The translations under genes were made by a program, and so were the position numbers. The notes beneath the pieces were generated by a model. That model made no database searches. It was not told the origin of the DNA and was given only the letters and a program-made list of their open reading frames with translations. Positions 61,468-64,000 of a DNA stretch of 64,000 nt are shown here, one piece after another. Position 1 is the first letter of the stretch. Each line of letters opens with the position of its first letter. The stretch comes from Bacteroidia bacterium (lineage in GTDB: Bacteria; Bacteroidota; Bacteroidia; NS11-12g; UBA9320), in assembly GCA_965216465.1 (NCBI GenBank), contig CBDCFW010000004.1, positions 1 to 64,000 of the forward strand. Direction: 5' to 3'.

Positions 61468-62850
61468 ATGAGTTTTACCGTAGAATTACCAAAAGACAAA
61501 TCATCAATTATTAAGGTAGTTGGAGTTGGAGGTGGCGGAGGAAACGCCGTGAATCACATGTATCGTGAGGGAATCACTGGTGTAGATTTCTTCATTTGCA
61601 ACACTGATGCTCAGGCGTTAGAAAACAGCCCTATTCCAAATAAAATTCAAATTGGAGACTCACTTACGGAAGGTAGAGGTGCAGGCTCTAATCCTGAAGT
61701 TGGAAGAAAAGCAGCTGAAGAGAACATCAACGATATAATCGAATCTCTTGGCGTGAATACCCAAATGGTGTTTGTAACCGCTGGAATGGGTGGTGGTACC
61801 GGAACAGGTGCTGCACCAGTCATTGCCAAAGCGGCTAAGGATATGGGAATCCTAACTGTAGGAATCATAACGACTCCATTCTCTTTCGAAGGAAACAGAA
61901 GATGTGAGGCAGCTTATCACGGTATCGAAGAAATTCGTGAGAGCGTAGATTCTTTATTGGTGATTTCAAACGACAGAATAAAAGACATTTATGGCAACCT
62001 GCCAATAAGCAAAGCATTTGGTTATGCAGATAATGTTCTTGCAACTGCAGCGAAAGGGATTGCCGAAATTATAACCATTGCTGGTAGTATAAATGTTGAC
62101 TTTGAAGACGTTAAAACTGCAATGAGCGATAGTGGTGCAGCCATCATGGGAATGGGCATGAGTGAAGGTGATGATCGTGCGATGCGTGCAATTACTCAAG
62201 CGTTAAATTCTCCGCTATTAGACGATAGCAAAATTCAAGGTGCTAGCGATCTATTGGTGAACATTTCTTATGGAGATGACGAAGCAACAATGGATGAGTA
62301 TGCAACAATTAACGAATACTTGCAGAATGAAGCTGGAAGAGATGCGACATTGAAATGTGGTCTTTGCTACGATGCTAATTTAGGCAGATCTATTTCTGTT
62401 ACTGTTATTGCTACTGGATTTAACAGATCAGAAAACAGATACAAATTCGAGACCGAGAATGAGGTTGAAAATACAGAAGTTGAGTTTGACTTAGGTGCTG
62501 TTGAAGTGACTGAATCAGAAGTTGAAGAGCAACCAGAAGTTAAAAAGCAAACTACAATTTTTGATAACCTGGAAGGGTTCGAGAATGAAGAGAAATTGTT
62601 AGCCGATAAAAAGATTGAGCAAATGAAGCAACGTATGCGTTACTTGAAAGAGCTTAATGAGAATGCTAATAAAGAGAATGGTTTAGAAGAAATGGAAGGG
62701 GTTCCTGCGTATAAACGTAAAGGAATTAACCTTGATGAAGTTCCTCATTCTTCAGATGTTGAAATCAGCAGAACAAGCTTAATAGAAGAACCAGATAAGA
62801 AACCTGAGCTAAGATCGAATAATTCGTTTTTACACGACAACGTAGATTAA
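61468..62850 (+). CDS. ftsZ: Cell division protein FtsZ
   Basis: GVGGGGGNAV, GMGGGTGTG tubulin signature, NVDFEDV, Bacteroidota C-terminal peptide FLHDNVD. Confidence 0.97.
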   Translation: MSFTVELPKDKSSIIKVVGVGGGGGNAVNHMYREGITGVDFFICNTDAQALENSPIPNKIQIGDSLTEGRGAGSNPEVGRKAAEENINDIIESLGVNTQMVFVTAGMGGGTGTGAAPVIAKAAKDMGILTVGIITTPFSFEGNRRCEAAYHGIEEIRESVDSLLVISNDRIKDIYGNLPISKAFGYADNVLATAAKGIAEIITIAGSINVDFEDVKTAMSDSGAAIMGMGMSEGDDRAMRAITQALNSPLLDDSKIQGASDLLVNISYGDDEATMDEYATINEYLQNEAGRDATLKCGLCYDANLGRSISVTVIATGFNRSENRYKFETENEVENTEVEFDLGAVEVTESEVEEQPEVKKQTTIFDNLEGFENEEKLLADKKIEQMKQRMRYLKELNENANKENGLEEMEGVPAYKRKGINLDEVPHSSDVEISRTSLIEEPDKKPELRSNNSFLHDNVD

Positions 62851-62884
62851 TACCTTAGTCTTTTCATATAAAATTACTTTTTAC

Positions 62885-62916
62885 AAAATCCAGACGCTAA
62901 GTCTGGATTTTTTTTT
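62885..62916. terminator. Bidirectional intrinsic terminator after ftsZ
   Basis: AAAATCCAGAC-GCTAA-GTCTGGA followed by T9. Confidence 0.85.
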
Positions 62917-62919
62917 GGC

Positions 62920-63999
62920 TTAGTCTTTCTTCGATTGCTCTTTTAAGGTGTTTAATACATCCTTACTAAACGAAGCCTTTTCTGGCGACTTAGCCTCTTC
63001 GTGTTCAATGAATTCTTGTTGCTTTTTAATGAGTCTTTCAAGTTGAACTTCGTTATCTAATCGTTCTTTTTTAAGTTCATCTAATTTGGCTTTTTGTTCA
63101 GCTGCAGATAAGCCTTCAAACTCGTCTGGAAGTTCTTCTTTTTTAATACTGTCAAGGTCTACTTTCTTATCAATTACATCTTGAACTAATTCCTTTTTGC
63201 CGTATCGATTGATTTTGCCAGACTTTGTTCTGTTGTATTTGGCCCGTGCCGTATTCGCTTCTGCACTAGCATCACTATAGAATGCCATGCCTTTACTTTT
63301 TTTATCGTACATGAATACTTTTTCAGAGCGGGAACCATAATAAATCTTCGATTCGTCAATACGGTAATTGTAGTAATTAATACTGTCGTCGTATGGTGTT
63401 TTGATGACGTAATCTTCGGCATGTTGCCCTATTTGTGTAAATGCACCTTGGGTTATAGCAGCTATCTTAGTGAAGTGAGGAATGGCTTCTTGACAAGCAG
63501 TTCCTAGCTTTATGCTGTTTATGATGATGTGCTTCTCATTGGCAAGCTCGCAAGACTCTTCGTATTTAACTTCATCATAATCCATATGCGGCGGACAGTC
63601 TCCAACTAAGAAAATGGTTCTAAAAGCATTATCACTTGAACTCCATTTCATTTGATCAACCGCTTCATGTAAAGCTTGATTAACACTTTCTGGAGCATCA
63701 CCTCCTCCCATAGCATCTATTTGTAGTAATTCAGAGTATATGCTGTCAATATTCTCTGTAAGGGGGTAAGAACGTGTAATAAATGCATCTCCTCGATCAC
63801 GATAAAAGATCATTCCAATTTTTACAGAACTTACTTCTTGACTTTGTGCAATGCCTGTTGCGATATCCCAGATTTTGTCTTTAGCAGTTTGAATTAAACC
63901 AGCCATACTTCCTGTTGCATCCAAACAAAATACAACTTCATAATCTTTACGAATAGAATCTTGGTGTGCTACTGCTGCGGCGATGCTGTCGCTTTCTTC
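62920..63999 (-). CDS. VWA-domain protein, 5' end outside the window
   Basis: Frame open to the window edge: EVVFCLDATGSM MIDAS motif, GGGDAPE, FLVGDCPPH. Confidence 0.8.
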   Translation of the reverse strand, partial: EESDSIAAAVAHQDSIRKDYEVVFCLDATGSMAGLIQTAKDKIWDIATGIAQSQEVSSVKIGMIFYRDRGDAFITRSYPLTENIDSIYSELLQIDAMGGGDAPESVNQALHEAVDQMKWSSSDNAFRTIFLVGDCPPHMDYDEVKYEESCELANEKHIIINSIKLGTACQEAIPHFTKIAAITQGAFTQIGQHAEDYVIKTPYDDSINYYNYRIDESKIYYGSRSEKVFMYDKKSKGMAFYSDASAEANTARAKYNRTKSGKINRYGKKELVQDVIDKKVDLDSIKKEELPDEFEGLSAAEQKAKLDELKKERLDNEVQLERLIKKQQEFIEHEEAKSPEKASFSKDVLNTLKEQSKKD

Positions 64000-64000
64000 A

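Noticed and set aside
1-64000. Many 60-140 aa ORFs in the track that lie antisense to or nested in long genes (e.g. 906-1088, 11150-11494, 17451-17876, 47236-47658, 52865-53248)
   Set aside because: Shadow ORFs of well-supported genes, with no recognisable motifs or independent expression signals

Overview
64 kb of an AT-rich, gene-dense Bacteroidota chromosome, assigned from the many TAnnTTTG promoter boxes, T9SS C-terminal sorting domains, long Bacteroidota-type PurF and a dcw cluster without murF/ddl. Most of it is housekeeping: recJ, lptB, rlmD, aroQ, purF, pheT-zapB-like-zapA-rny-hutI, rpsO-pnp, and mraZ through ftsZ. Bases 1-8640 form an accessory region ending at tRNA-Asn(GTT). Most notable: (i) two diverged, covarying ~115-118 bp palindromic elements, each attached to a tRNA-Asn 3' tip, that bracket a lone NYN/LabA nuclease gene with no integrase in view; (ii) a candidate ~190 nt structured non-coding RNA with its own promoter, operator-like repeats and terminator, downstream of the zapA-rny-hutI operon; (iii) a ~1107-aa DUF4175-like gene broken by four clustered +1 insertions, probably sequence error; (iv) many apparently leaderless genes and a perfectly palindromic back-to-back promoter; (v) a 2.1k-aa internally duplicated T9SS-secreted repeat protein. 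I saw no CRISPR array, rRNA, transposase or integrase. All calls are by-eye motif recognition; no database searches were run.
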